DNA from: Candidatus Nomurabacteria bacterium
GTDB taxonomy: Bacteria > Patescibacteriota > Minisyncoccia > Phycocordibacterales > UBA9973
Length of the DNA stretch: 36,665 nucleotides
Assembly: GCA_943356395.1 (NCBI GenBank)
Contig: CALRFC010000001.1
Coordinates: forward strand, 1 to 36,665
Direction of reading: 5' to 3'
In this document: positions 7,962 to 17,460 of the stretch, in pieces
Position numbering within the stretch: the first letter of the stretch is position 1
How the letters are laid out: every line of letters starts with the position of its first letter
Made by a program: the position numbers and the translations under genes
The notes under the pieces: generated by a model
The model's input: the letters and a program-made list of their open reading frames with translations, nothing else
Told to the model about the DNA's origin: nothing
Database searches by the model: none

Positions 7962-8518
7962 TTTTTGTCTGTAAGAATCTCCTTATTTATCCGTCATTTG
8001 TTCTGTAACCCATAAGGGTGGGTTGCAGGGTGTGGATAACTAGAAAACCTTTGTTTTCCACAGTAGACGGTATTTACAGCGTTATGCTTATCCGTCTATA
8101 ATACCCGACAGGTGTAGCGCTCGCGTTTTTTTACGCTATGTGCTATACTCGAAACGGTATTTTTTGCACGATTGGATAGGCAACGGCAAGAGATATCGTA
8201 TAAGTATTTCGGCCTGATCGTTGAAAATTTAATACCATTATTCCTGTGCCGAACACGCAGTAATTTTGGATTGCATTTTCAGTCGATGAGGACGGATTAC
8301 TCTGCCCTGTCGACAAAGGCATCGCCTCCTGCTTTTGCGGAAACGCAAAATAAAAAGAGGCAAACCGTTCAGACATCTTAATTAAATGCCTGAACACAGC
8401 ATGCGCACACAAACTATAGTTTGTCGAAACTATGACTTTAGATTTAATGCGCATCGTCCTCTCTTCGTTTCTGATAAAGAGAAACGGATGACGACATTTA
8501 TCAAGCGATAATTTTATT

Positions 8519-10510
8519 ATGAAAAATATTACAAAAATTGCAGTCGCAGTTGCATTCGTTGCAATCTTCACCGTTTTTGTTGGACACACCAAGGCCGCTA
8601 CATACGACCTCGGAACTTCAACACTTAAGGTAGGTTCAACAGGAATGTATGTGACTAATCTTCAGACAGCTCTCAATGCAAACGGCGCGACTTTGACCGC
8701 AGACGGTCACTTCGGCCCGATGACCAAGGCTGCTGCTATGGCTTACCAAGCTTCTCATGGTCTTACTGCCGACGGTCTCGTTGGTGCAAAAACCAAGGCG
8801 GCTTTGAACGGCGGATCAACTCCGGCAGCAGGATGCCCGGCTGGATACACATGTACGCCAGCAGGCGGAACGCCTCCGGTTACGCCAGCAGGCGGAACGC
8901 CTCCGGTTCTCACTGGAACAGCTGGTAACATCGACACCGACACTGTCATCGGAGGATTCTCCGGCGAACAGGTTGGTGCAGGTGACACTGGTCACCAGGT
9001 TCTCGGCGTTCAGTACAAAGCTTCGGCAGGCGGATCAAATGTCAGTCTGACGGCTATGACGCTTCAGTTCACCCAAGATCCGGCTTCCTCTTGTACGACA
9101 ACCGGTTCTGGTTACATGAACAAGTACTTCGCTGGCGTTGCGGTATGGCAGGGTTCTACGAAAGTCGGTTCAGCAAATGCTGGCGATTTCGGTCAGAACA
9201 CCAGCTCTTCTTACTGTAACTACATCTATTCGAAGACAGTTAATCTTTCCGGCGCGAATATCGTTGCTGGTCAGACATCAAACTTCTATGTTTCAGTTGA
9301 CGCTCTTCCGGTTATTGATTCCAACAACCTCGGAGCAAGCACTGTCAACAAGTGGGAAGTTGCTATCACCAGCATCCGCTTCAGCGATGGTACTGGCGCA
9401 CAGCTCACCTACACGCCTTCAACAAGCACTACTGGTCTCGTAAACTCAAGCGTAACGAATTACTTCAATTTCGTTTCAACGGCTAACGCGAACAACATCA
9501 AGTTGACTGTTTCTACAGATCCGGCCAACCAGAATGCACATGTTGTTCCTGTTTCGCTCACTTCACAGACCAACAATGTTGAGCTCTTGAAGTTCAAGCT
9601 TGCTGCGCAAGGTCAGAAGATTCACATTGATAAATTGGCGACACAGCTTACATCCTCATCTGTCGGTCTCGGCTCGATCACCAGCAATGTTCATCTTTTG
9701 ATGGGTTCGACTGAACTCAATTCACAGCTCGTTACTTCGACATCTTCCACAACGACAACGACATTCAACAACTTGAATCTCGACATCGCCGCTGGAACAT
9801 CGCCGACATTCAGCATCACTGCTGATATCAACGGCTTGACTGGAAACTATGTTGCAGGCGAAACGCTTGCGGCGTCTATTCCGACATTGAGCAGCGTAGG
9901 TATCGTTACGGCAACTGATCAGAACAGCAACAACCTTTCTGGTACTGCTCAATTGACAGGTTCCGTTTCTAGCCACAATATCTCTCTCTACAATGTTGGT
10001 ATTCAGGTTAATCCGGGAACAGTGACTGCGACTCACACGGGTGTTTCCTACTCCGGCGCGTCTGATACGGCAACCTACAAGGTTTCCTTCAACGTAACGG
10101 CATTCGGAGGCGCTGTATACCTCGCGTCATCTTCCATCCTTGGAAATACTTCGACTTCTTCGACGACGAACAAAGTTACATTTGTCATCGCGAAGAGCTC
10201 GGCTCCGACAACCGGTATCACTACGGTATCCGGCACGAGCACAACCATGACGGTTGATAGCTTCAACGGCGGCAGCGGTTCCAACATCGGAACAGATTCT
10301 GCTACCGGAAACTATCTCTTGAACGATGGCGACACCGCAACCTTTACCGGAACGCTTGTTCAGACGAACAACAACGGTGCGGGTCAGTATCGCGCATGGC
10401 TCAACAACGTCGCATGGGGCACTGGCACAACGACGGCAGCAACGATCTACAACTTCAACTTGGGCTCTGGAAACAATGCCTACACGACCGGCTACATTGC
10501 GTTGCAATAA
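8519..10510 (+). CDS. Secreted or membrane-anchored cell-surface protein: peptidoglycan-binding domain, Pro-rich linker and a long Ser/Thr/Asn-rich beta region
   Basis: N-terminal signal/anchor (IAVAVAFVAIFTVFVGHTKA). PG_binding_1-like motif (VTNLQTALNANG...ADGHFGPMTKAAAMAYQASHGLTADGLVGAKT). Tandem TPAGGTPPV x2. About 500 aa of low-complexity, beta-strand-like sequence. Confidence 0.85.
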   Translation: MKNITKIAVAVAFVAIFTVFVGHTKAATYDLGTSTLKVGSTGMYVTNLQTALNANGATLTADGHFGPMTKAAAMAYQASHGLTADGLVGAKTKAALNGGSTPAAGCPAGYTCTPAGGTPPVTPAGGTPPVLTGTAGNIDTDTVIGGFSGEQVGAGDTGHQVLGVQYKASAGGSNVSLTAMTLQFTQDPASSCTTTGSGYMNKYFAGVAVWQGSTKVGSANAGDFGQNTSSSYCNYIYSKTVNLSGANIVAGQTSNFYVSVDALPVIDSNNLGASTVNKWEVAITSIRFSDGTGAQLTYTPSTSTTGLVNSSVTNYFNFVSTANANNIKLTVSTDPANQNAHVVPVSLTSQTNNVELLKFKLAAQGQKIHIDKLATQLTSSSVGLGSITSNVHLLMGSTELNSQLVTSTSSTTTTTFNNLNLDIAAGTSPTFSITADINGLTGNYVAGETLAASIPTLSSVGIVTATDQNSNNLSGTAQLTGSVSSHNISLYNVGIQVNPGTVTATHTGVSYSGASDTATYKVSFNVTAFGGAVYLASSSILGNTSTSSTTNKVTFVIAKSSAPTTGITTVSGTSTTMTVDSFNGGSGSNIGTDSATGNYLLNDGDTATFTGTLVQTNNNGAGQYRAWLNNVAWGTGTTTAATIYNFNLGSGNNAYTTGYIALQ

Positions 10511-10542
10511 AGCTCAGTCGCTGTACAAAAGTTGTACTTCAC

Positions 10543-10574
10543 AAAAAACCACCTTCGGGTGGTTTTTTGTTTTT
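10543..10574 (+). terminator. Intrinsic terminator after the surface-protein gene
   Basis: AAAAAACCACC-TTCG-GGTGGTTTTTTGTTTTTT. Confidence 0.85.
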
Positions 10575-10674
10575 TCATTCTGAATACCACGGTGCGAATA
10601 AATTTAAAATCTTCCCCTTAGCCTCGCGCGCTGCCTTTACAAAAGAGCATGCGCGCGTATATAATCCTCTGTAT

Positions 10675-12744
10675 ATGGAAAACACTTCAATACAAAGACC
10701 ATGGCTCGCCAAGATAGTCCTTTTTCTTCTCGGCGCGGCTGTTTTTGTTCCGCCGCTTTTGGTCATTCCGCATACATTCTTTATCTTTATCAACTCAAAA
10801 ACCTCCTTTTTTATCGGTATTGCCGAACTCGCATTTTTTTGTTACATATTCCTCGCCCTTTTTTATCCTGCATACCGGCCCAAGAAGAATATCGTCACAT
10901 GGGGATTTTTGGGGTTTGTCGCCGTTTCCGTACTAAGTGCCATAGTTAGCGTTTATCCACAATTCTCCTTCTGGTCCGGAGCGGAGCGTGCCGACGGCGT
11001 GATGCTGCTCATCCATATATTTCTTTTTTTCCTTGTCTGCACTTCTGTGATCAAATCAAAAAAAGAGCTGCATACCTTGCTCTGGGTTTCTGTCTTTACC
11101 GCAACGATCAATACTCTTGCGATTTGGCTCGGGCCGGGAGGATTCAAGGCCTATCTCTCGCTCTTTCATTCCGATCAAAACATCGGAGGATTTACCGGCA
11201 ACGAGCTCTTTGCCGGAGCGTACACTCTCTTCAATGTCTTTTTTGCCGCCTACCTTTTCTTCGATTCAAAAAAGAAAGGTTCTCGCATGCTTTCGGGCAT
11301 ACTTTTTCTGCTGATGCTCTTCTCGCCCATATTTTTTAATTTCGGCATTCTCTCCGGTGCGGTCAATCTGAAAGAAATCCTGCACAATCCGATTGTTTTG
11401 ATCGGGCGCGCGCGCGCGTCCACGATAGGTCTCGGACTTGCCGGCATCTTCACCTTCTTCTTATTTTTTGGGAATCACGCTAAAAAAGCGATTCGTTTCG
11501 GATCGCGCGCGCTTGCCGGTGCAACGCTTGCCGCAATCATGATCTCAATCATCCTTCTCATGACTCCCGGCACGCGCTTGCACGATTGGTTCGGCAAAGA
11601 GACTGCAGGCTACAGATATATTTATTGGCATCAAGCGATACAAGGATGGAAAGATCATCCTATCCTCGGTTGGGGACCGGGCACTTTCCGCATGGTAACA
11701 GCAAAATATTTCGATCCGGCCGTACTTGCCACTGTGAGCCAGAATCAGATCATCGGCGAACCATGGAATGACAAGCCGCACAGCATTATTCTGGACGTAC
11801 TTGTCCATACCGGCATTTTGGGCCTTATTTCCTACGCAGGAATCTTTTTCACTTGCCTTTTCGCATTGTGGCGAAAAACAAGTTTGCCGCATTATGCCAA
11901 GTCCTTGTTTTCCGGACTCCTCTTGGCGTATGTCCTGCAGGGCCTTACGATCTTCGATGTCATGGTTTCCTATTTGATGCTCGGTACGGCTTTGGCGGTT
12001 ATCGCCATAATTACCGCAAAAGAGGAGACCGGCAAAGAGCAAGGAAAGATCTTTCAACTTTCTAAAAAAGCGAAGAACGGCATAGCCATCGCGCTCTTCA
12101 TTATCGGATTCTTTTCCATACGCTACTTCGCATACGAGCCGTTGCATGAAGCGCGTCAGCGTTTCGTCCTGCCGGATTTGCCGCCCGCCGAACGGGCAGG
12201 CAAATATAAAATCGTGCGCGACATCTCTCCATTCGGCGGATCCGTCGACGAGGCGAATTATGCCGACTTGGTCTACATCAGCTATTTGGAACATCTCGAT
12301 AGCATTGCAAATCAGAAAGATCAGCTGCAATTTATCCGAGACATGGACGGACTGATTGCGGATGTCGAAGAGTCTTTCGGCAAGAATGGAATGACCTATG
12401 TCGGCGCGCTCACCGTGAGCCGCCTGTACAATCTGCGCTACATGCTTGCCGCAACAGACGACCAAAATCTTCTTTCAGAGATGGAAAAGTATGCGAAAAT
12501 AACCCTCGATCTTTCCCCGAACAATCCGCAGAGCTACTGGGCGGAAGCGCAGCCGCTCATTTACGAGCGCAAGTATAAAGAAGCCATGGAGGTTTTGGAA
12601 AAAGGACTCGCTATAAATCCCAAAGTCGCACCGACGCACGAAATCATCATCCGACTCGCTCTTCTCATGGGCGACCGGCAACTCGTGCTTGAAAAATACA
12701 AGCGCGCGCAGAAAGAATTGCCGGGGATCGCTTTCCCGCACTAA
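10675..12744 (+). CDS. Polytopic Wzy_C / O-antigen-ligase-family membrane protein with a C-terminal TPR-like domain (candidate O-oligosaccharyltransferase or polymerase)
   Basis: 689 aa from ATG 10675, the first in-frame ATG after the upstream terminator. More than 10 TM helices, a periplasmic loop with HSIILDVLVHTGILGL, and a soluble helical-repeat tail. Confidence 0.8.
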   Translation: MENTSIQRPWLAKIVLFLLGAAVFVPPLLVIPHTFFIFINSKTSFFIGIAELAFFCYIFLALFYPAYRPKKNIVTWGFLGFVAVSVLSAIVSVYPQFSFWSGAERADGVMLLIHIFLFFLVCTSVIKSKKELHTLLWVSVFTATINTLAIWLGPGGFKAYLSLFHSDQNIGGFTGNELFAGAYTLFNVFFAAYLFFDSKKKGSRMLSGILFLLMLFSPIFFNFGILSGAVNLKEILHNPIVLIGRARASTIGLGLAGIFTFFLFFGNHAKKAIRFGSRALAGATLAAIMISIILLMTPGTRLHDWFGKETAGYRYIYWHQAIQGWKDHPILGWGPGTFRMVTAKYFDPAVLATVSQNQIIGEPWNDKPHSIILDVLVHTGILGLISYAGIFFTCLFALWRKTSLPHYAKSLFSGLLLAYVLQGLTIFDVMVSYLMLGTALAVIAIITAKEETGKEQGKIFQLSKKAKNGIAIALFIIGFFSIRYFAYEPLHEARQRFVLPDLPPAERAGKYKIVRDISPFGGSVDEANYADLVYISYLEHLDSIANQKDQLQFIRDMDGLIADVEESFGKNGMTYVGALTVSRLYNLRYMLAATDDQNLLSEMEKYAKITLDLSPNNPQSYWAEAQPLIYERKYKEAMEVLEKGLAINPKVAPTHEIIIRLALLMGDRQLVLEKYKRAQKELPGIAFPH

Positions 12745-12757
12745 AAATATTTGTGTC

Positions 12758-13534
12758 ATGTTAAGAGACATATTACAAAAGAATAAATATGCTTTTTTTG
12801 CAGGTATTGCGATTGTCGCTGTAGTTTTAGGATTGATCAATACTTTTTTGATTTTTTCGAACACTAAAACAGTTCGTTCAGTAAAGCATGTATTTACACT
12901 AACGGATGACGACAAGAAAATATCTGAAATTGAAAAATATCTCGACGAAATCTCTCCGGAATTCATCGCTGAAGTGAAAAGATTGTCGGAAGAAAACAAA
13001 GTCCCGTCATGGGGTTGCGGGCCGTCGAGCTATGCGCTTGCGAAGATCATCAACGCCAGATTTTTTAACAACAAACTCCCGTTCGTTTCGGCGTACAACA
13101 GCAAGAATCACGATATCGTTGAGCGTTTCAGTTTTGCCTTCAAGGACTCAAATGGCGTAAAGAACTCGACTCTTGTCGATCACGCATGGCTCGAAATTTA
13201 TTTCAACAATAAATTCCTTTTCATCGATCCGACGGCCGGACAATTTGGCAGGTACGACAAAATCGTGTATGAAGTTTTCAATATCGAAGACAAGAACATT
13301 CAAAAAACTCTGCTCGACAAATATAATATCGCGGATATCCGCCTCACGCTTCTTGTGAATAAGACGGTCAACAGGATTCCGCCGTCGCAGGATCCGTATC
13401 CGGGCATCTCTTTGAGTCGTGACACAATCGATTATTTCCTCAAATCTGTCGAAGAGCGTGATGAGGTAAATAACGGCGATGAGCCGCCGGAGTGGGAATC
13501 GTGGGTAAGCTCTCTTCTCGATAAGTTTTCATAA
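12758..13534 (+). CDS. Membrane-anchored transglutaminase-like (Cys-His-Asp) protein
   Basis: 258 aa with an N-terminal TM helix. Motifs [13 protein letters not shown] (Cys), DHAWLEIY (His) and IDPTAGQ (Asp), in the order and spacing typical of the transglutaminase-like cysteine protease superfamily. Confidence 0.6.
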   Translation: MLRDILQKNKYAFFAGIAIVAVVLGLINTFLIFSNTKTVRSVKHVFTLTDDDKKISEIEKYLDEISPEFIAEVKRLSEENKVPSWGCGPSSYALAKIINARFFNNKLPFVSAYNSKNHDIVERFSFAFKDSNGVKNSTLVDHAWLEIYFNNKFLFIDPTAGQFGRYDKIVYEVFNIEDKNIQKTLLDKYNIADIRLTLLVNKTVNRIPPSQDPYPGISLSRDTIDYFLKSVEERDEVNNGDEPPEWESWVSSLLDKFS

Positions 13535-13578
13535 GCAGGATTTACATTTCTCTTCTTTTATTGTACACTCTCATTCCT

Positions 13579-14583
13579 ATGGCAAAAAAAGCTCTCATCA
13601 CAGGCATTACCGGACAAGACGGTTCGTATCTCGCCGAGCTCCTTCTAGAGAAGGGGTATGAAGTGCACGGCACGATCCGCCGCACCAGCTCTTTTTCGAC
13701 TGCGCGCATCGAGCACATATATCAGGATCCGCACCATCCGGAACGCCGATTGCACCTGCACTACGGCGATCTCTCCGATGCGGAAAATATCCGAAAGTTG
13801 ATTTTCAAGATCCAGCCGGACGAGATTTACAATTTGGGCGCCCAGAGCCATGTGAAAGTTTCTTTCGAGATCCCCGAATATACTGCGAACATCACCGGTC
13901 TCGGCGTTTTGCGCCTCTTGGACGCCGTTAAAGATTATCAGGAACACACGGGAAAAAAAATAAAAGTATACCAAGCGTCATCATCGGAAATGTTCGGCTC
14001 CGCGCTCCCGCCACAGCATGAGAATACGCCGTTTGAGCCGCGAAGCCCGTATGGGTGCGCGAAAGTCTTCGCCTACCACATCGCGCGCAATTATCGCGAA
14101 GCACACGGGCTCTTCGTCTGCAACGGCATCCTTTTCAACCATGAATCGCCGCGCCGCGGCGGAACCTTCGTGACCAAGAAGGTGACCGAGGGCGTGGCCA
14201 AGATCAAAGCGGGCAAGGCCGACAAGATCTATCTCGGCAATCTGGACGCGCGCCGCGACTGGGGCTACGCGCCGGAATACTGCGAGGCCATGTGGCTGAT
14301 GCTCCAGAAGGACAAGCCCGACGACTATGTGATCGGCACGGGCGTGAGCCACACCGTGCGCGAACTCGTCATTGAAGCGTTCAAGCACGCAGGCGTCTCC
14401 GACTGGGAAAAATACATAGACATCGATCCGACCTACTATCGTCCGAGCGAAGTCGACCATCTCGTCGCCGACATCAAGAAGGCCAAAGAAAAGCTCGGCT
14501 GGGAGCCGAAGACTAAATTTGGCGACTTGGTTAAGATCATGGTTGAACATGATTTGAAGAAATACGAGAGTGAAAAAAAATAA
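13579..14583 (+). CDS. gmd: GDP-mannose 4,6-dehydratase
   Basis: [34 protein letters not shown]..., NHESPRRG. Start is at ATG 13579. Confidence 0.95.
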   Translation: MAKKALITGITGQDGSYLAELLLEKGYEVHGTIRRTSSFSTARIEHIYQDPHHPERRLHLHYGDLSDAENIRKLIFKIQPDEIYNLGAQSHVKVSFEIPEYTANITGLGVLRLLDAVKDYQEHTGKKIKVYQASSSEMFGSALPPQHENTPFEPRSPYGCAKVFAYHIARNYREAHGLFVCNGILFNHESPRRGGTFVTKKVTEGVAKIKAGKADKIYLGNLDARRDWGYAPEYCEAMWLMLQKDKPDDYVIGTGVSHTVRELVIEAFKHAGVSDWEKYIDIDPTYYRPSEVDHLVADIKKAKEKLGWEPKTKFGDLVKIMVEHDLKKYESEKK

Positions 14584-14587
14584 TCAC

Positions 14588-15544
14588 ATGATGGAAAAAT
14601 CGGCGAAAATTTTCGTAGCTGGGCATCGGGGGCTCGTCGGGAGCGCGCTCATACGGGCCCTTGAGGCCAAAGGCTACACGAACATACTCACCAGAACGCA
14701 CCAAGAGCTCGACCTGACCCGCCAAGCGGCTGTCGAGAAATTTTTCGCAGAAGAGAAGCCGGAGTATGTCTTCCTCTCCGCCGCGAAAGTCGGCGGCATC
14801 TTGGCCAACAACACCTATCCCGCGGATTTCATCTACCAGAATCTCACGATCGCGACGAACATCATCGAAGCGGCGCACCAGAGCGGCGTGACCAAGCTTC
14901 TCTTTCTCGGGTCTTCTTGTATTTATCCCAAATTCGCAGACCAGCCGATGAAGGAAGAATATCTCTTGACCGGCACGATCGAGCCGACGAACGAGCCGTA
15001 CGCGCTCGCGAAGATCGCCGGCATCAAGATATGCCAGAGCTACAACCGTCAGTACGGGGCGAATTTTATCGCCGTCATGCCGACCAATCTCTACGGTCCG
15101 AACGACAATTTCGACCTCTCGTCATCGCATGTCCTGCCCGCGCTCATCCGCAAATTCCACGAGGCGAAAGAAGCGGGTGCCAAGGAAGTCGTTGCGTGGG
15201 GAACGGGTTCGCCGAAACGCGAATTCCTGCATGTGGATGATCTGGCGGATGCGTGCCTGTTTGTCATGGACAACTACAATCCGACCAAAGAAGAGAATGA
15301 AAAAGGCCAGATCTTCATGAACTTGGGAACGGGGGAGGATATCTCGATCAAGGAATTGACGGAGATGATCAAAGAGATTGTCGGCTTCGACGGCGAGATC
15401 GTTTGGGACACGACAAAGCCCGATGGCGCGCCGCGCAAGCTCCTCGATATGTCGAAGCTCCATGCGCTTGGCTGGAAGCATAAGATAGGATTAGAAGATG
15501 GCATCAAAAACGTGTATCAGTGGTTTTTGGAGAACAGGAAATAA
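14588..15544 (+). CDS. fcl: GDP-L-fucose synthase (GDP-4-keto-6-deoxymannose 3,5-epimerase/4-reductase)
   Basis: [44 protein letters not shown]. Lies immediately after gmd. Confidence 0.95.
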   Translation: MMEKSAKIFVAGHRGLVGSALIRALEAKGYTNILTRTHQELDLTRQAAVEKFFAEEKPEYVFLSAAKVGGILANNTYPADFIYQNLTIATNIIEAAHQSGVTKLLFLGSSCIYPKFADQPMKEEYLLTGTIEPTNEPYALAKIAGIKICQSYNRQYGANFIAVMPTNLYGPNDNFDLSSSHVLPALIRKFHEAKEAGAKEVVAWGTGSPKREFLHVDDLADACLFVMDNYNPTKEENEKGQIFMNLGTGEDISIKELTEMIKEIVGFDGEIVWDTTKPDGAPRKLLDMSKLHALGWKHKIGLEDGIKNVYQWFLENRK

Positions 15545-15694
15545 AGGTTTCCCGCTGCAAGCAGGCGGTGGATTACATGAACTCGCTCCACTCGCGCAAT
15601 TTCGGAGCAGATCTCCGAGGCACTAACCTGTATTTCGTCTTCGCTCGGACGATGTGAACGAGAGCACTCGTTCACCCGCTCCTTGTTAGCCGAA

Positions 15695-15745
15695 ATAAAA
15701 AAAACCGGATAATCATAATAATGATTATCCGGCATGTGTTTTTTA
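15695..15745. terminator. Bidirectional terminator between convergent fcl and the Nudix-fold gene
   Basis: A-run, then CCGGATAATCAT (15705-15716), loop AATA, ATGATTATCCGG (15721-15732), followed by a T-rich run. Confidence 0.85.
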
Positions 15746-16396
15746 AACCCACTGTAATTTTTTTAATTTCATCATCGCAAGCATCACGCAAGTAACAGCG
15801 CTTGCTTCATCAAAAAATCCGGATTCAAGCACGGAACGAAATTCTTCAATTGGTACCATGATGGTACTCATGATCTCGTTCGGATTCGGATCGCGCTTTT
15901 CCTGGACTTGCTCCAGATCTGTTGCCATGAACATGTGCGCAGGAAGTCCGTGATCATCGACGCTCGCGCCGCGATATTTTCCGGTTTCGATTTTCGTGTT
16001 TCCCAAATATTCCCAGATTCCTTTTCCGTATCCGGTTTCCTTAAGATACACCTCTTTGGTCTTTCTTGTTATTTCTTGCAAAGAAATTCCAGGCGCCACT
16101 TTACCGATTCCTCCGGGAGGCAATTCCCAGCTTGCTTTGTTTATTCCGGGTTTCCACTGGCAAAGAGTAATTACTTGGTTGTCTTTTGTCAGTCCGAAAG
16201 CCACTACCCATCCGAAAGAACGGATGAAGGAAGTATATTTTTCGACACCGTTGCCCGTTTTCAGCCAGTATTCAATGAGTGAACCGAAATAGGGAATTTC
16301 TTCATATACCGTTGTTTTACCGACCAACGGCCAGCCATTTTTAAACATCTCTTCTTGAGAAAGTTTCAGAAATTTTTCGATTGATGATGCATTCAT
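15743..16396 (-). CDS. Nudix-fold hydrolase-like protein with a degenerate Nudix box
   Basis: 217 aa. ELPPGGIGKVAPGISLQEITRKTKEVYLKETGY resembles the Nudix box but does not fit it exactly. The context next to gmd/fcl recalls the GDP-sugar hydrolases of fucose clusters. Confidence 0.5.
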   Translation of the reverse strand: MNASSIEKFLKLSQEEMFKNGWPLVGKTTVYEEIPYFGSLIEYWLKTGNGVEKYTSFIRSFGWVVAFGLTKDNQVITLCQWKPGINKASWELPPGGIGKVAPGISLQEITRKTKEVYLKETGYGKGIWEYLGNTKIETGKYRGASVDDHGLPAHMFMATDLEQVQEKRDPNPNEIMSTIMVPIEEFRSVLESGFFDEASAVTCVMLAMMKLKKLQWV

Positions 16397-16547
16397 TTTT
16401 TATGTTTTTACTATCATAGCATCTTTTACTTTTAGAGTCAATAGCTATTTTTTTGTAGTTTATTATTTTAACAGGAAAGCGTATAAACTATTTCATACAA
16501 CGATTTTATGTTACACTTGAGGGGCATAATTTTAATCAATCGTAATC

Positions 16548-17438
16548 ATGATCATCGTACGACTGACCGGAGGGATGGGGAATCAGATGTTTCAATACGC
16601 CTGCGGAAGGGCTCTTTCTTTGCGTACGGGTGTTCCGCTCAAGCTCGATCTCATGCTCCTGCTTGACCGCACCAAGCGGCCGGGGAAGTGGAAGATCACT
16701 TTCCGCGATTACGATTTGGACATGTACAACATCAAAGCGGACATTGCCAAGCGCTCCGATGTTCCGTGGCAATTCCGCTCATATTTTCGCGGTCTCGCCA
16801 TGCTCGTCGTCTACCAGCTTGAACGGCTCTTGGTGCCGAATCCCGGCCGCGAAAAATCTCCCGCGTTCGACAAGCGCATCCTTTCCCTCGGGCCGAACAC
16901 CTATTTGGACGGGCTCTGGCAGAGTCCGAAGTATTTCGACGATGTTGCCGATACGATTCGCAAGGATTTCACGCTGAAGAATCCGATGTCGGAGGGATCA
17001 CAGAAGCTCTTCGACGAGATCCGCTCGCAGAATTCGCTCTGCATCCATGTGCGCCGCACCGACTATGTCGGCAACGCGCACCACGATACCGGCATCGGGC
17101 AATCCTACTACGACCGAGGCATCGCGCACATCGCCAAGACGCAGACGATTCAGAAAATTTATGTCTTCTCCGACGACATCGCGTGGTGCCGAGAGAATCT
17201 GCACTTTGCGATCGAGACCGTATATGTCGGCAACGAGTATGCCGGCAAGAAAGCCGAAGAGCACCTCGCGCTCATGTCGGCCTGCAAGCACTTTGTCATC
17301 CCGAACAGCTCTTTCTCGTGGTGGGGCGCGCTGCTCTCCGGATATCCGGACAAGATCGTCGTCGCGCCGAAAAAATGGTTCAAGGACAGCGACGACGGCG
17401 CGGAAGACCTGATCCCCGCATCATGGGTACGCATGTAG
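16548..17438 (+). CDS. GT11-family alpha-1,2-fucosyltransferase
   Basis: GGMGNQMFQYACGRAL, HVRRTDY and PNSSFSWWGALL motifs. Confidence 0.9.
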   Translation: MIIVRLTGGMGNQMFQYACGRALSLRTGVPLKLDLMLLLDRTKRPGKWKITFRDYDLDMYNIKADIAKRSDVPWQFRSYFRGLAMLVVYQLERLLVPNPGREKSPAFDKRILSLGPNTYLDGLWQSPKYFDDVADTIRKDFTLKNPMSEGSQKLFDEIRSQNSLCIHVRRTDYVGNAHHDTGIGQSYYDRGIAHIAKTQTIQKIYVFSDDIAWCRENLHFAIETVYVGNEYAGKKAEEHLALMSACKHFVIPNSSFSWWGALLSGYPDKIVVAPKKWFKDSDDGAEDLIPASWVRM

Positions 17439-17460
17439 GGGGCTGCCGCGCTCTACCATA

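Noticed and set aside
8031-8062. Replication origin (oriC) based on DnaA-box sequences
   Set aside because: Only one perfect box and one box with a single mismatch are present, arranged as a simple inverted repeat. The TTATCCGTC words differ from the consensus at three positions. There is no dnaA/dnaN nearby and no clear AT-rich unwinding element. It is kept only as a low-weight note within the regulatory-region finding.
8333-8366. ACGCAAA and GGCAAACC strings reminiscent of a c-di-GMP-I (GEMM) riboswitch
   Set aside because: The two elements are in the wrong order and spacing relative to the GEMM-I consensus, and the expected flanking helices are not evident.
8143-8592. 149-aa minus-strand ORF and 69-aa plus-strand ORF in the region upstream of the surface-protein gene
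   Set aside because: There are no motifs. One overlaps the start of the surface-protein CDS, and the composition matches non-coding flanks. The region is treated as regulatory or non-coding.
1495-10510. Diversity-generating retroelement (Avd-like four-helix-bundle gene plus a variable surface protein)
   Set aside because: There is no reverse transcriptase gene. I found no template/variable repeat pair matching the 3' end of the surface-protein gene anywhere in the window.
10396-10674. N-terminal extension of the Wzy_C/TPR ORF into the surface-protein gene and its terminator
   Set aside because: It overlaps the 3' end of the preceding CDS in another frame and crosses a strong terminator (10543-10574). 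The first ATG after the terminator (10675) gives a sensible membrane N-terminus.
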